A program made the translations under genes and the position numbers. The notes under the pieces were generated by a model that searched no databases, had not been told where the DNA came from, and saw only the letters and a program-made list of their open reading frames with translations. A stretch of DNA of 64,000 nt from Oligoflexales bacterium (GTDB lineage Bacteria; Bdellovibrionota_B; Oligoflexia; Oligoflexales; Bog-1112), in the NCBI GenBank assembly GCA_045105515.1, contig JBGCDR010000286.1, positions 1 to 64,000 on the forward strand. Reading direction: 5' to 3'. This document shows positions 54,304-64,000 of the stretch, in pieces (position 1 is the stretch's first letter; every line of letters starts with the position of its first letter).

Positions 54304-55530
54304 TTCTACTTGCTCTACAGTACTTGCTTTCATGATTGGAACAACAAACAAAAACCATGAGACTGCGGAAAAAAAACTTACAACACCAAATCCAGCACCT
54401 GCCAGAGGTAAACCAAGATTTTGTAGAATACCGATTAGAAATGAAGTTGCACTTTTACTAAATCGATAACCAAATACATCTATAATTTTCTTTGCTCTGA
54501 ACCTGGCATCAAATGTAAGAGGAATATACAAAATCTCCTTTGCAGCCCTGAATATACTATAGTCAACAGATTTAAACATCATGAGAGAAAATCCAGCAGT
54601 CCATAGACTTGGAAACACTATAACAACAAGAGCACTTAAAAGATGTAATAATGGGATTGCCAAATGCAAAGTCGAAACCGAAAAACTAGCAAGCAAAACG
54701 GGTGATAAGAGAAATTGAAATACAAAAGATAGAACATGAAGACTACCAAAAAATAAACCTGATACAGCTGTTTGTTGATCAAGAAGAGGATACGAGTCCT
54801 GAAGTTCAGATTGAAAATTTAGGGTCACAATAGTCGAATATACTTGGCTCGCAATAATCATGATCAGAATCAAATAAAGCATTTTTTGTTCTTTAAAGAG
54901 ACTTAAACCAAAACTTCCACTTCTTTGTTTATCTTTACTTTTTGGTGAAATATTGACAGGATTTTTTGTATATGCTGCAAACCCAATTATTGCAGTTGGA
55001 ATGCACATAGCTGCCGAAATTATCAGCAAGTTTACAGTTCCTACATGCTCAGCCAAAAAGTGCACCAAAAACCCACCTGAAATTGCTCCTAACGAAGATA
55101 TCGATAAAATCAACCCATTGTATTTTTTTGCTTCATCTTGGGTTAATGTACTGTTAACAAATGACCAAACTTGCTCAATAATTAAGATAACATATGACTC
55201 TCTTAACAAGTAAACCATCGCAGAACCAATTTTATACCCTTTCAAAACCAACAAATAACAAACAAAAATTGAGAGGCCTGACAAAACCGATGAAAGATAG
55301 AAGGTTCTTTTTGAACCAAATCGGCTTAATGAAAGGTTATATAAATAAATAATTGGTATAAGAAACAAGGGGACTAAAGCCATAATAATTGGTAGATTTT
55401 CGACCCCATAAGTCTGCTTGAACAGAGAATTGCTAACACTTCTTATTACCTCGTATCCAAACATTAAAACAGCTGCAGATACTGCCATAAACAAAGAAGC
55501 TTTTACTCTAGCTGAAGATTCTAAAAACAT
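54295..55530 (-). CDS. NTT/TLC (Npt1/Npt2)-family nucleotide transporter-like MFS protein
   Basis: About 12 TMs; EQVWSFVN...AKKYNG; KSVDYSIFRAAKEILYIPL...RAKKIIDVFGYRFSK. Confidence 0.75.
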   Translation of the reverse strand: MFLESSARVKASLFMAVSAAVLMFGYEVIRSVSNSLFKQTYGVENLPIIMALVPLFLIPIIYLYNLSLSRFGSKRTFYLSSVLSGLSIFVCYLLVLKGYKIGSAMVYLLRESYVILIIEQVWSFVNSTLTQDEAKKYNGLILSISSLGAISGGFLVHFLAEHVGTVNLLIISAAMCIPTAIIGFAAYTKNPVNISPKSKDKQRSGSFGLSLFKEQKMLYLILIMIIASQVYSTIVTLNFQSELQDSYPLLDQQTAVSGLFFGSLHVLSFVFQFLLSPVLLASFSVSTLHLAIPLLHLLSALVVIVFPSLWTAGFSLMMFKSVDYSIFRAAKEILYIPLTFDARFRAKKIIDVFGYRFSKSATSFLIGILQNLGLPLAGAGFGVVSFFSAVSWFLFVVPIMKASTVEQVELT

Positions 55531-55657
55531 CAGACATCACCTTACATGAATACATTCAGCAGATTCTTATCTGATTTGTGGGATATATGAAACTAAATAG
55601 TGATAGGTATAATATTTTTTATAACGCCATTAAAGGTGCAATAAAACGGGTCACTGG

Positions 55658-55942
55658 TTAGTGGCTTGTTTTCTTAATTTTTGCAAGTTCTTCATCAATA
55701 TGAGGATCAAATGACGGAGAACTTCCTAATAATACAGCCTGACCTAAATCAACAGCATTCTCAAAGTCATCGCTCGAGATAACACCCTTTTCATCCAGAA
55801 GACCCTTTAAACCTTTCATGACCTCTAAAAATTTTTCATTAACCCCTTTTAAGCCGGAAACTTCCGTCTTCACTCGAAATATCTCTGTTCCAAGCTCTAG
55901 AATTGTTCTTTCGAGTTGGTTGATTTTATCTTCAGATTCCAT
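55658..55942 (-). CDS. Hypothetical protein
   Basis: 94 aa, AGGAGG Shine-Dalgarno, coiled coil plus LLDEKGVIS motif. Confidence 0.7.
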   Translation of the reverse strand: MESEDKINQLERTILELGTEIFRVKTEVSGLKGVNEKFLEVMKGLKGLLDEKGVISSDDFENAVDLGQAVLLGSSPSFDPHIDEELAKIKKTSH

Positions 55943-55987
55943 ACTCTTCCTCCTAGCCTTCTACATAAGTCTTTCCATTATTTTTAG

Positions 55988-56014
55988 CTATCGGAGGTCT
56001 TTAAGAAATGCTTA
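55988..56014 (-). promoter_or_regulatory. sigma28-like promoter
   Basis: TAAG-N15-TCCGATAG on the minus strand. Confidence 0.6.
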
Positions 56015-56085
56015 GGGAACAAATGTTGATAAATTTTACCGAGCTATGTCACTTTACAAGTTGTAAGAGATATAACTATTTATAT

Positions 56086-56964
56086 TTATTTATATAAGTC
56101 TAAACGTTGGTTTTCACGTACAGGCAATGTTTTTCTAAATTGCTCTAATTTAACTTTGTCAATCTCTGCAAGAACAAAACCTTCCTTTTCCCCGGTATTT
56201 TCTAACACTTTGCCCCAAGGGTCTATAATCATTGAATGGCCAAAGGAACGCTTTCCATCTCTATGTTCTCCAGTTTGATTTGCTGCTAGCACATAGCACT
56301 GGTTCTCTACTGCCCGCGCTTGCAAAAGAAGCTGCCAATGCCTCTTTCCAGTAGCTTCCGTAAAAGCTGCAGGAACAATAAGTAGGTCTAAAGGCTTTTC
56401 TTTCGTGATTTGAAAAAAAAGGCTAGAAAACCTTAGGTCATAGCAAATTGCAAATCCAATATTCCACCCTTGGTATTCACAAAACGCAAATTGATTGCCT
56501 GCCAGGAATCCATCAGCTTCACTATAAGTGCTTCCTTTCTCAAAGGCTGCAAGTTCAAATAAATGGGTTTTTCTATATTTAACAAACTGCTCACCACTAT
56601 CAGAAAATCCATAGAGTGTATTAAAAACTCGCCGATAGCCCTTATCTTTATTAACCAGCAAGTCTTGGTGAAGTTCATTATCTAAAGGCTTTTCCCCAAC
56701 AGTTCCAGCTATTAAGGTAATGCCTAGTTTTTTAGCGATGCTTGCTAGCTCCTTATTCAAAGGACCTTTCTCAATCTCTGCCGAGTTATATAAGCCTGAG
56801 TACCCACCCATATAAGTGAACATCTCAGGTAACAAAACCCAATTGGCTCCATTTTCTGCGGCAGATTTTACCAGATTTATGGCTTTTTCTATGTTTTCAT
56901 GGACATTTGCTTTGCTACACATGCAAATGCTAGCAATTTTCACAGAGCTCATAACCATTTTCAC
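56086..56964 (-). CDS. Carbon-nitrogen hydrolase (Nit1-like amidase, copy 2)
   Basis: LPEMF, YRKTHLF, AICYDLRF, ARAVENQCY and GHSMIIDPWG motifs. Confidence 0.93.
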   Translation of the reverse strand: MKMVMSSVKIASICMCSKANVHENIEKAINLVKSAAENGANWVLLPEMFTYMGGYSGLYNSAEIEKGPLNKELASIAKKLGITLIAGTVGEKPLDNELHQDLLVNKDKGYRRVFNTLYGFSDSGEQFVKYRKTHLFELAAFEKGSTYSEADGFLAGNQFAFCEYQGWNIGFAICYDLRFSSLFFQITKEKPLDLLIVPAAFTEATGKRHWQLLLQARAVENQCYVLAANQTGEHRDGKRSFGHSMIIDPWGKVLENTGEKEGFVLAEIDKVKLEQFRKTLPVRENQRLDLYK

Positions 56965-56983
56965 GATCCTTTCATTTAGATGC

Positions 56984-57973
56984 TCAATAGTATGTAATCT
57001 GCGAATGTACTCCGAAAATCTTGCTAATCAGAGCAGCACGTGTCCACATACCATTTCTCTCTTGTCTCCAATACTCAGCTCTGGGATCTAAATCAACTCT
57101 TGGGTCCAATTCCTGCCTCCTTGGCATCGGATGAAGAATGACAGCATCATCTTTCAAATACTTAAGATGATCGTATGTCAGACAATATTTGCTGATATCA
57201 ATAACTTTAGACTCAAAAGAAAGGTCATATTCATCTTGAATCCGAGTCATATAAATAGCATCAGCATTAGAAATAGCATCAATAAAATCTCCAGTCTCAC
57301 TGAAGCTAATTTGTGGGTAATTTCTTAGAAAATCTCTAATATCATCGAGTATTTTAAACTCTTTTGGTGAACAAAAAATAATCTCTACATCACGATAATT
57401 AGTGAGAAGCTTGGAAAGCGACCTTACCGTACGCCCCCTTCTTAAATCTCCAACCATGCAAACCTTCTTGCCGTCAATCCCACCTTTTTTAGAAAAGTTT
57501 CTATTTAAAGTATATAAATCTAGCAGAGACTGAGTAGGATGTTCATCCGGTCCACTCCCAGCATTAATAACAGGGATTGGCCGTGGCGTTTCATTGAGTA
57601 ATCCAGCAATTCGATCGCACAGACCTGGAATGGGGGAACGCATAATAATTAAATCTACATAGCTCGAAAATGTTCTAAGGGAGTCTTCGACACTTTCTCC
57701 CTTTTTTTCTGAGCTAATTGAAGTATCTCGAACTTCACTAGCTTTCATTCCCAATATCGAACATGCTGACTGGAATGATAAAAATGTTCGACTGGATGGC
57801 TGTGTAAAGTAAAGCATACTACGCTTATGCGATAATAAATCTGCAAGAAATCGATTTCCATCTTTTGATTTATCTATAAGTCTAATTTTATCTGTTAAAA
57901 GAAAAAGATCTTCTAGAACAGATCGATCGAACTGTTCTGGTGATAGTACATGAAATGGCTTTTCTCCTATCAA
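56984..57973 (-). CDS. pyrB: Aspartate carbamoyltransferase
   Basis: PSSRT, KGES, NAGSGPDEHPTQSLLD, GDLRRGRTVRSL, TRIQDE and HPMPR motifs. Confidence 0.93.
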   Translation of the reverse strand: MIGEKPFHVLSPEQFDRSVLEDLFLLTDKIRLIDKSKDGNRFLADLLSHKRSMLYFTQPSSRTFLSFQSACSILGMKASEVRDTSISSEKKGESVEDSLRTFSSYVDLIIMRSPIPGLCDRIAGLLNETPRPIPVINAGSGPDEHPTQSLLDLYTLNRNFSKKGGIDGKKVCMVGDLRRGRTVRSLSKLLTNYRDVEIIFCSPKEFKILDDIRDFLRNYPQISFSETGDFIDAISNADAIYMTRIQDEYDLSFESKVIDISKYCLTYDHLKYLKDDAVILHPMPRRQELDPRVDLDPRAEYWRQERNGMWTRAALISKIFGVHSQITYY

Positions 57974-58006
57974 CGCTGTTTTCTCCTTTATTTATTTAAA
58001 CAAAAA

Positions 58007-59029
58007 TCAGTCGATAAAAACTTCTTTTCCTTCTCCATTGCATTCACGGACACAACCAATTTCGTAAGGCTCTAACCCAAGCTCCAACGCACTCTGCAAA
58101 ACCATGTCCAAGTTTGTTGAATTTACAGCTAAAACCATACCAATTCCCAGGTTAAATACGTCAACCACATCGAGCAGGCTTGGAGTATGTGTTAAAATAA
58201 ACTCACGCATCCAAGTAGGTGTTGGGATCTTTTTAAGATCTATATAGGCATTTAAGCTATTAGTTAAGAATCTACATACATTTCCAGGTAACCCTCCACC
58301 GGTGATATGCGCAATTCCATGAATACTATCTCCGCACATTTTCAAGAGACTAGGAATCTCTGAATATATGTGAGTAGGAGCTAAAATCTTGGCTTTAAGC
58401 TCTTCTGCAACAGGCTGGCCTTCAATCCAGGCTCGAATTAGTGAGAAACCATTGCTATGAAATCCGGACGAAGAAAGCCCAACCAAAGAATCTCCTGATT
58501 TTACAAGATCAGGCTTCAGTATTTTTTGACCATCCACTATGCCCACAACAAACCCAGCTAAGTCAAAATGACCTTTCTTATATAAGCCTGGAAGCTCTGC
58601 CGTTTCTCCACCCAGCAATGCAGTATCGCACTGCCTTAGACCCTCTTTAATACCCGAAAGAACCTGTGAAAATTGTCCCTCTAATAGTACTCCAGTTGCA
58701 TAGTAGTCTAGAAAGAATAATGGCTTACCACCTACTGTGTAGAGATCATTAACACACATTCCCACCAAATCCCGACCAATACTTTTTAAAGAGTCCCATT
58801 CAAGAGCCAACAGAACCTTGGTACCGACTCCGTCTGTGGATGAAACCAAAACCGGGTCTACTAATCCACTCAAGTCGGGGCGAAAAAGCGCAGCAAAACC
58901 ACCAATACCTGAAACAACAGAAGATCCACTTGCAAGCTCATCTTCTTTTTCTTTTTTCCTAAGCCAACTAACCAACTGGTCAGCTTTTTGAATATCAACC
59001 CCAGATTCTTTATATAGAGATGGTTTCAT
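58007..59029 (-). CDS. purM: Phosphoribosylformylglycinamidine cyclo-ligase
   Basis: YKESGVDI, STDGVGTK, GGETAELPG, GFHSNGFSL and HITGGG motifs. Confidence 0.97.
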   Translation of the reverse strand: MKPSLYKESGVDIQKADQLVSWLRKKEKEDELASGSSVVSGIGGFAALFRPDLSGLVDPVLVSSTDGVGTKVLLALEWDSLKSIGRDLVGMCVNDLYTVGGKPLFFLDYYATGVLLEGQFSQVLSGIKEGLRQCDTALLGGETAELPGLYKKGHFDLAGFVVGIVDGQKILKPDLVKSGDSLVGLSSSGFHSNGFSLIRAWIEGQPVAEELKAKILAPTHIYSEIPSLLKMCGDSIHGIAHITGGGLPGNVCRFLTNSLNAYIDLKKIPTPTWMREFILTHTPSLLDVVDVFNLGIGMVLAVNSTNLDMVLQSALELGLEPYEIGCVRECNGEGKEVFID

Positions 59030-59068
59030 TTTTTTTCCTATGTAGATAAGGTATTCCGGCTAAGAATA

Positions 59069-59860
59069 TCAATTTATTAATTTTCGTAAACATTCCTCTT
59101 GGTCTTGTGACTTAACTAAATATTCTCCAACTAGAAAGTGCTGATATCCAGCTTCTTGCATTTCTTCAAGGTCACTCTTGGATGTTATCCCAGATTCACA
59201 TACGAAAATTCGATCACCAGCATGATCTTTTAAGAATGGCATCAGATTCTTTGCTTGTTCTAGACTTACCTTAAAACTATTCAAATCCCTACAGTTGACT
59301 CCGATAATTTCTGCATCAGTTTTTAAGGCCTCCTTTAACTCGTCTTTGCTGTGGGATTCAAGTAATGGTTCCATCCCCAATTCTCTGCCAATTTCACAGA
59401 AGTATTGGATTTCAGCAAAATCAAGAACGCCAGACAATAATAAGAAGCTATCCCCACCATAAACACGAGTTTCCCATATCTGATACTCATCAATAATGAA
59501 ATCTTTTCGCAAAACCGGGATGGAGGTAGAAGCTGCAACACTCCTTAAATCGGCAAGGTTTCCTCCAAAAAACTCCTGATCCGTCAAGCAAGATATTGCT
59601 GTTGCACCACCTTTTTCATATGCTTGTGCTAAGTATACGGGATTATAAGGGTCACAAAGTATACCCTTACTTGGAGACTTTTTTTTACATTCAGCAATAA
59701 CTTTTGCTTTTTCACTTTTCTTTCTCATTACAGATAAGAAATTTTTTGGATCGTTTAACCCTGAAGCCATTGCCTTTAATAAGTCAAATGGTTGTTTCTT
59801 TTTTCTTTCCTGGACTTCTTGCTTTTTATGAGCAATGATTTTTTTGAGGATTTCTGACAT
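59069..59860 (-). CDS. trpC: Indole-3-glycerol phosphate synthase
   Basis: IAECKKKSPSKG, LRKDFII, GVNCRDL and ESGI motifs. Confidence 0.96.
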   Translation of the reverse strand: MSEILKKIIAHKKQEVQERKKKQPFDLLKAMASGLNDPKNFLSVMRKKSEKAKVIAECKKKSPSKGILCDPYNPVYLAQAYEKGGATAISCLTDQEFFGGNLADLRSVAASTSIPVLRKDFIIDEYQIWETRVYGGDSFLLLSGVLDFAEIQYFCEIGRELGMEPLLESHSKDELKEALKTDAEIIGVNCRDLNSFKVSLEQAKNLMPFLKDHAGDRIFVCESGITSKSDLEEMQEAGYQHFLVGEYLVKSQDQEECLRKLIN

Positions 59861-59876
59861 CGGGGGCCTCCTCCCA

Positions 59877-60920
59877 TTAAGACTTAGTACTTAGATCATT
59901 TGCTAATTTCAACCAATTAGTGAAGTACTCTAAAACACTACCGTTTGCCAGTGCAGTTCCAGCTTTTTCTAAACCTTCTTCGAGGTTTGGAACAATTCCG
60001 CAGACCCACAAGACCGCTCCAGCATTTATTTTTACTGCACTAAATAAATCATCTTCCCTATCATGATTCAAAATCTTCCAAAAAATCTCAACATTTTCTT
60101 CTACACCACCCCCTTTTAAACCGAATTCTTTGATCTCGATATTGTAGTCTTTTGGATCTATACAGTAGGATTCAATTTGGTCTTCCTTGACCCAATATGC
60201 ATCAGTCTTTGCACAAGGACTGATTTCATCGAGACCATCTTGGGAGTGCACTATTAAACCACGCTTAAGTCCTAATCTTGAACAGGCTTCAGCCATCGGG
60301 CGTAAATATTCTTTTCTCCCGACTCCTAAAAGTTGGTACTCGGGTTTTAATGGGTTTGCCAGTGGGCCAAGGAGGTTAAATATTGTACGAACTCCGAGAG
60401 ATTTACGTACAGGCATCACATGCTTCATAAGAGGATGAAATTGTGGAGCAAAGAAAAAGGTTAAGCCTGTTCTCTCAAGAAGTTTGAGAATAGCGTCAGA
60501 CTTGAGAGTGTCGGGAAATCCCAGTCCAAAAAAAAGATCTGCGGAGCCACACTTGCTCGAAACACTACGATTACCGTGCTTGGCTACTCTAGCCCCACAT
60601 GCGGCTGCAACAACAGCAGCTGTTGTTGAAATATTAAAAGTTCCGGCTCCATCTCCACCGGTACCGCAGTTGTCAATTAAAGGCCTCAAATTTGGATTAA
60701 TGTTTAAAACCCGAGCAACAGATCGCATACATTCAGCACCAGCTTGTAAGTCTGTTCCCCGTTCCCCTTTCAACCTCCATGCAGCTAGAAAAGCGCCAAT
60801 TTGAGCCTCAGATAGCTGTCCTTGAAACATCTTGGTAAAGACGCTTATAACTTGATCGTGTTCAAGGTCTTGTCCACTCAAGAGTTGATCTAATATCTGG
60901 GTGATCACATCTAACCTCAC
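59877..60920 (-). CDS. trpD: Anthranilate phosphoribosyltransferase
   Basis: CGTGGDG, NIST, KHGNRSVSSKCGSAD and RTIFNLLGPLANP motifs. Confidence 0.97.
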   Translation of the reverse strand: MRLDVITQILDQLLSGQDLEHDQVISVFTKMFQGQLSEAQIGAFLAAWRLKGERGTDLQAGAECMRSVARVLNINPNLRPLIDNCGTGGDGAGTFNISTTAAVVAAACGARVAKHGNRSVSSKCGSADLFFGLGFPDTLKSDAILKLLERTGLTFFFAPQFHPLMKHVMPVRKSLGVRTIFNLLGPLANPLKPEYQLLGVGRKEYLRPMAEACSRLGLKRGLIVHSQDGLDEISPCAKTDAYWVKEDQIESYCIDPKDYNIEIKEFGLKGGGVEENVEIFWKILNHDREDDLFSAVKINAGAVLWVCGIVPNLEEGLEKAGTALANGSVLEYFTNWLKLANDLSTKS

Positions 60921-60986
60921 TAATAAGTTTTACAAAGCTGAAAAATCTGCCTACATATAGCAGTTAAGCTGCTTCAACTCTCACCG

Positions 60987-61850
60987 ATGAACGTAGCTAA
61001 GAAAATAAAAAAAGGAAAGCGATTGAATCAGCGGTCAACGTACTTTGTTAGTTTTCTATGTTCATCACAAATGTTTTACCCTCCTATTTCCAAAGGGCTG
61101 ATGACGAATCCTGATTTAACTGAGTCAGAAACTTCAACCAGCCAGCAAAATAGTCAAATCATCAATAGTAAACGGGTACTTTACTATATCACTAAAGATC
61201 AATTAGGGCTGGTTTATATTGCACTAGGTAGTTCACATCATATCAAGTCCGGCACCGTTCTAAATACCTACCGACGTTTAAATCTTGGAAAAGAAATCTC
61301 AAAATTTAGATCCGGTCAGATTAAGGTTACACAATTAATTGGATCATACGCAGTTGCAAAAGTTATCAATCAGCAAGAATTACCCTATGATACTAATTAC
61401 AGTTCATACCATGGAGTTATGGCTGGTGACTTGATTGAAGCTCCTTCCTATATGGTAAAGAAAGTAATTCACAGTTTACCAGAGCTTGATATCCCTTACT
61501 TCAAACTCTTCACCGAACCCAAAGCTAGGCCAACTAACATTGAATTAAGTGACTCTGGTAAAGAGTTCCTCATTAATGCGATGAAAGTATTTGGATCTAG
61601 AAAGGTTTCACATATATTTATAAGTGGTTATACCGGAAGGGAAGGGAAGACCGAATCAAATCAGGTTGAATCCTACCAAAGAGCACTTACTATTAGGCAA
61701 TACCTCATTACTCACCTTGGTTTCGATCCGAATAGGCTTACAGCAATTGGAATGGGTGAAACAGCTCTTAAAGATCCTTCAAATGTAAGTGGTCATAGTC
61801 AAGCTAACCGCAGAATAGTCATCAAAGCCAACACCAGCGCTAGCCAATAA
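60987..61850 (+). CDS. OmpA/MotB-like protein (copy 2; true start probably slightly downstream)
   Basis: SGYTG...NQVESYQRALTIRQYL...GMGE...NRRI; clear homolog of 25345-26133. Confidence 0.85.
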   Translation: MNVAKKIKKGKRLNQRSTYFVSFLCSSQMFYPPISKGLMTNPDLTESETSTSQQNSQIINSKRVLYYITKDQLGLVYIALGSSHHIKSGTVLNTYRRLNLGKEISKFRSGQIKVTQLIGSYAVAKVINQQELPYDTNYSSYHGVMAGDLIEAPSYMVKKVIHSLPELDIPYFKLFTEPKARPTNIELSDSGKEFLINAMKVFGSRKVSHIFISGYTGREGKTESNQVESYQRALTIRQYLITHLGFDPNRLTAIGMGETALKDPSNVSGHSQANRRIVIKANTSASQ

Positions 61851-61933
61851 TCACCAAGCTACTTGCCAACTAATCAGAATTTAATTACCAAGAAGCGATG
61901 CACTATGCCCTGTAAACAGAGTGAGTAAGTAAA

Positions 61934-62764
61934 ATGCCAGAACTCCCAGAAGTTGAAACCGTTGTAAAATCCCTAAAAGAAACCTGCCAAGGCTCCATAG
62001 CTCAAAAGGTAAAGTTCTACCGTAAAGATATTCGTGAACCTATTCCAATACGAATCTTTCGTGAGGTCTTGCTTGGACAGAAGGTTGATACGATCTTGAG
62101 AAGGTCTAAGTATATTGTCATGAATACTAAAGTAGGTTCGGCAATCTTTCATTTGGGCATGAGTGGACAACTCCTTGCACTTAAAGATGAAAAGCCAAAA
62201 TTTAAACATACTCATTTAGTTATGGAATTCACTCGAGGAAATCAAAGTTACTTTCTTCACTTCATCGATCCCAGACGATTTGGACGCATCAGCGCACATC
62301 TTGGTGCAAACTGGGAAACTCACCCTTTTATGCTCCAGCTAGGGTGTGAACCTCTTGAGGAAAGGCTTCTTGGTAAACATCTATGGGCGAATGGGAAAAA
62401 AAGTTCTCGGTCAATCAAAACTCTACTCATGGATTCGAAAATTGTAGTAGGGATTGGAAATATTTATGCCTGCGAATCATTGTTTTTAGCTGGAGTTCAT
62501 CCAGAGAGAGGCTCAAACTCCTTATCACAGAAAGAATACCAAGCAATTGCTACTGCAGCAAAAAAGACCCTTCGGTCAGCAATTAAGGCGGGCGGAACCA
62601 GTATCAAGGATTTCAAATCAATGGAAGGAAAATCTGGATATTTTACAATATCTCTAAATGTTTATGGACGAAACGATCAAGCTTGCAGGCAATGTAAGGA
62701 TCCCATAAATCATATCCGACAAAGTGGGCGAAGTACCTGGTTTTGTAGTTCTTGTCAAAAATAA
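61934..62764 (+). CDS. mutM: Formamidopyrimidine-DNA glycosylase (copy 2)
   Basis: MPELPEVE, RRSKY, HLGMSG, DPRRFG, GIGNIY, zinc finger. Confidence 0.97.
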   Translation: MPELPEVETVVKSLKETCQGSIAQKVKFYRKDIREPIPIRIFREVLLGQKVDTILRRSKYIVMNTKVGSAIFHLGMSGQLLALKDEKPKFKHTHLVMEFTRGNQSYFLHFIDPRRFGRISAHLGANWETHPFMLQLGCEPLEERLLGKHLWANGKKSSRSIKTLLMDSKIVVGIGNIYACESLFLAGVHPERGSNSLSQKEYQAIATAAKKTLRSAIKAGGTSIKDFKSMEGKSGYFTISLNVYGRNDQACRQCKDPINHIRQSGRSTWFCSSCQK

Positions 62765-62834
62765 AAGTACATACAAATGTCCTTTATTTCTATTGTAATA
62801 AACAGCTTTATTAAAATTTAATTACAGTCTATAT

Positions 62835-62861
62835 TAAAGATATAAAATTTCATCCCGAGCA
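62835..62861 (+). promoter_or_regulatory. sigma28-like promoter of the third flagellin
   Basis: TAAA-N15-CCCGAGCA. Confidence 0.5.
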
Positions 62862-62921
62862 TAAAATTATAAAATAAAATATTATTATTTTAAATACGCT
62901 TTTATTAGTGGGGATGATTTT

Positions 62922-63809
62922 ATGGGACTGCGAATAAGAACCAATGTTAGCTCGCTTAATGCTCAAAGAAAGCTAGCTGAAACAACTTTAAAGTTAAATG
63001 CTAATATTGAAAAGTTGTCTGGGGGTCATCGCATTAACAGAGCATCTGATGACGCAGCAGGTTTAGGAGTATCAGAAAACTTACGTGCTAAAATTCGTTC
63101 AATGACCCAGGCAAAGCGTAATGCAAATGATGGAGTATCGCTTATACAAGTTGCTGAATCAGGTATGAACGAAGTATCAAACATACTCATCCGCTTACGC
63201 GAACTTTCCATACAAGCAGCATCAGACACTATAGGGAACCGAGAGCGTTCTTTTGCAAACAAAGAGTACATGCAGTTAGTCGAAGAAATCGATCGCATTG
63301 GCAACGTTACCGAGTTTAATGGAATAAAACTGTTAAGGGGTGGTAATGAAGAAGGTAGCTTAGAGAAGCTAACTTTACACGTTGGTGCTGGCGATGGTTT
63401 TAAACCTAACCACGATACTATAGACCTAGATTTATCAAAGCTTAAAATTTTGAGTAATGAAACCTTTGGTATCGAAGGTGAAGAAGGTATAGGCCCGGTA
63501 GACCCAAATGACACCTCTTTTAGCAGAGATAGTGTCACTCCCAAGCTCAAGACACTAGATGATGCTCTCAATATGGTCAATAGCATGCGTTCCGAGCTTG
63601 GTGCGAAACAAAGTAGGTTGAATTCTACAATCAATAATCTGGCGATAGCTACTGAAAATATGAGCGCCTCTAAATCTAGAATCCGTGATGTTGACTTTGC
63701 GTCGGAATCAGCATCTTACACTCAAAACAGGATTCTGCAGCAGGGTGGTGCTTCGATTTTAAGCCAAGCAAATTCTCTTCCCGAGCTTGTAATCGGGCTC
63801 ATCCGCTAA
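62922..63809 (+). CDS. fliC: Flagellin
   Basis: MGLRIRTNV...LSGGHRINRASDDAAGL; SRIRDVDFA. Confidence 0.97.
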   Translation: MGLRIRTNVSSLNAQRKLAETTLKLNANIEKLSGGHRINRASDDAAGLGVSENLRAKIRSMTQAKRNANDGVSLIQVAESGMNEVSNILIRLRELSIQAASDTIGNRERSFANKEYMQLVEEIDRIGNVTEFNGIKLLRGGNEEGSLEKLTLHVGAGDGFKPNHDTIDLDLSKLKILSNETFGIEGEEGIGPVDPNDTSFSRDSVTPKLKTLDDALNMVNSMRSELGAKQSRLNSTINNLAIATENMSASKSRIRDVDFASESASYTQNRILQQGGASILSQANSLPELVIGLIR

Positions 63810-63833
63810 TTAATCATCTAAGAATTAGACGAG

Positions 63834-63874
63834 AACCATGCTCTATCTCTAAATGATAATGCATGGTTTTTTTT
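63834..63874 (+). terminator. Possible intrinsic terminator after flagellin
   Basis: AACCATGC...GCATGGTT followed by a T-run (long loop). Confidence 0.45.
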
Positions 63875-64000
63875 CTAGGCAAATGACTGGTATCATCTTA
63901 ATCACCGCCCGGTACACTTTTGAAACCGAACGAATAACAGCAAACAATCCAAAAAAGGTTCAACATACTGTTTTTAATAAGACTAACAATTTGGTCTGAG

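Noticed and set aside
63026..63634. 202-aa antisense ORF within flagellin, and the many other 60-160-aa overlapping ORFs in the track
   Set aside because: Shadow frames of well-supported genes with no recognisable motifs.
46690..63809. Three flagellin genes as a novelty
   Set aside because: Multiple flagellins are normal in Bdellovibrionota.

Overview
The window looks like a composite of three sources. (1) 1 to ~8450 is very AT-rich diatom-type plastid DNA: psbL-F-E, trnG, ycf4, petL, psaL, cbbX, ycf39, ycf41, psbI, psaF, psaJ and most of atpA. Between psaJ and atpA is a ~1.5 kb foreign insert with a colicin-D-like tRNase gene coupled to an ImmD-like immunity gene. An upstream leader is separated from the toxin by one missing base, and a plasmid-type ORF remnant lies beside it. 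This insert is the most interesting biology in the window. (2) ~8450 to ~32750 is the origin region of a compact bacterium, probably Bdellovibrionota/Oligoflexia-like. It holds the atp genes, a parB without parA, variant parS sites, a MITE-like element, dnaA-oriC-dnaN-gyrB-gyrA, housekeeping genes, two apparent pseudoenzymes and tRNAs. It joins the plastid DNA in frame inside atpA. (3) ~32750 to 64000 appears to come from a second, related, less reduced bacterium: trpBAF, tRNA-Arg, tilS-ftsH-folP-cdaA-cdaR-glmM-pdxJ-tsaE, three flagellins, an NTT-like transporter, trpDC-purM-pyrB-nitrilase and ompA-mutM. It repeats an ompA/mutM/trpC/nitrilase block from segment 2. Both junctions are most simply assembly chimeras. 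All protein assignments come from recognising motifs by eye; no database search was run.
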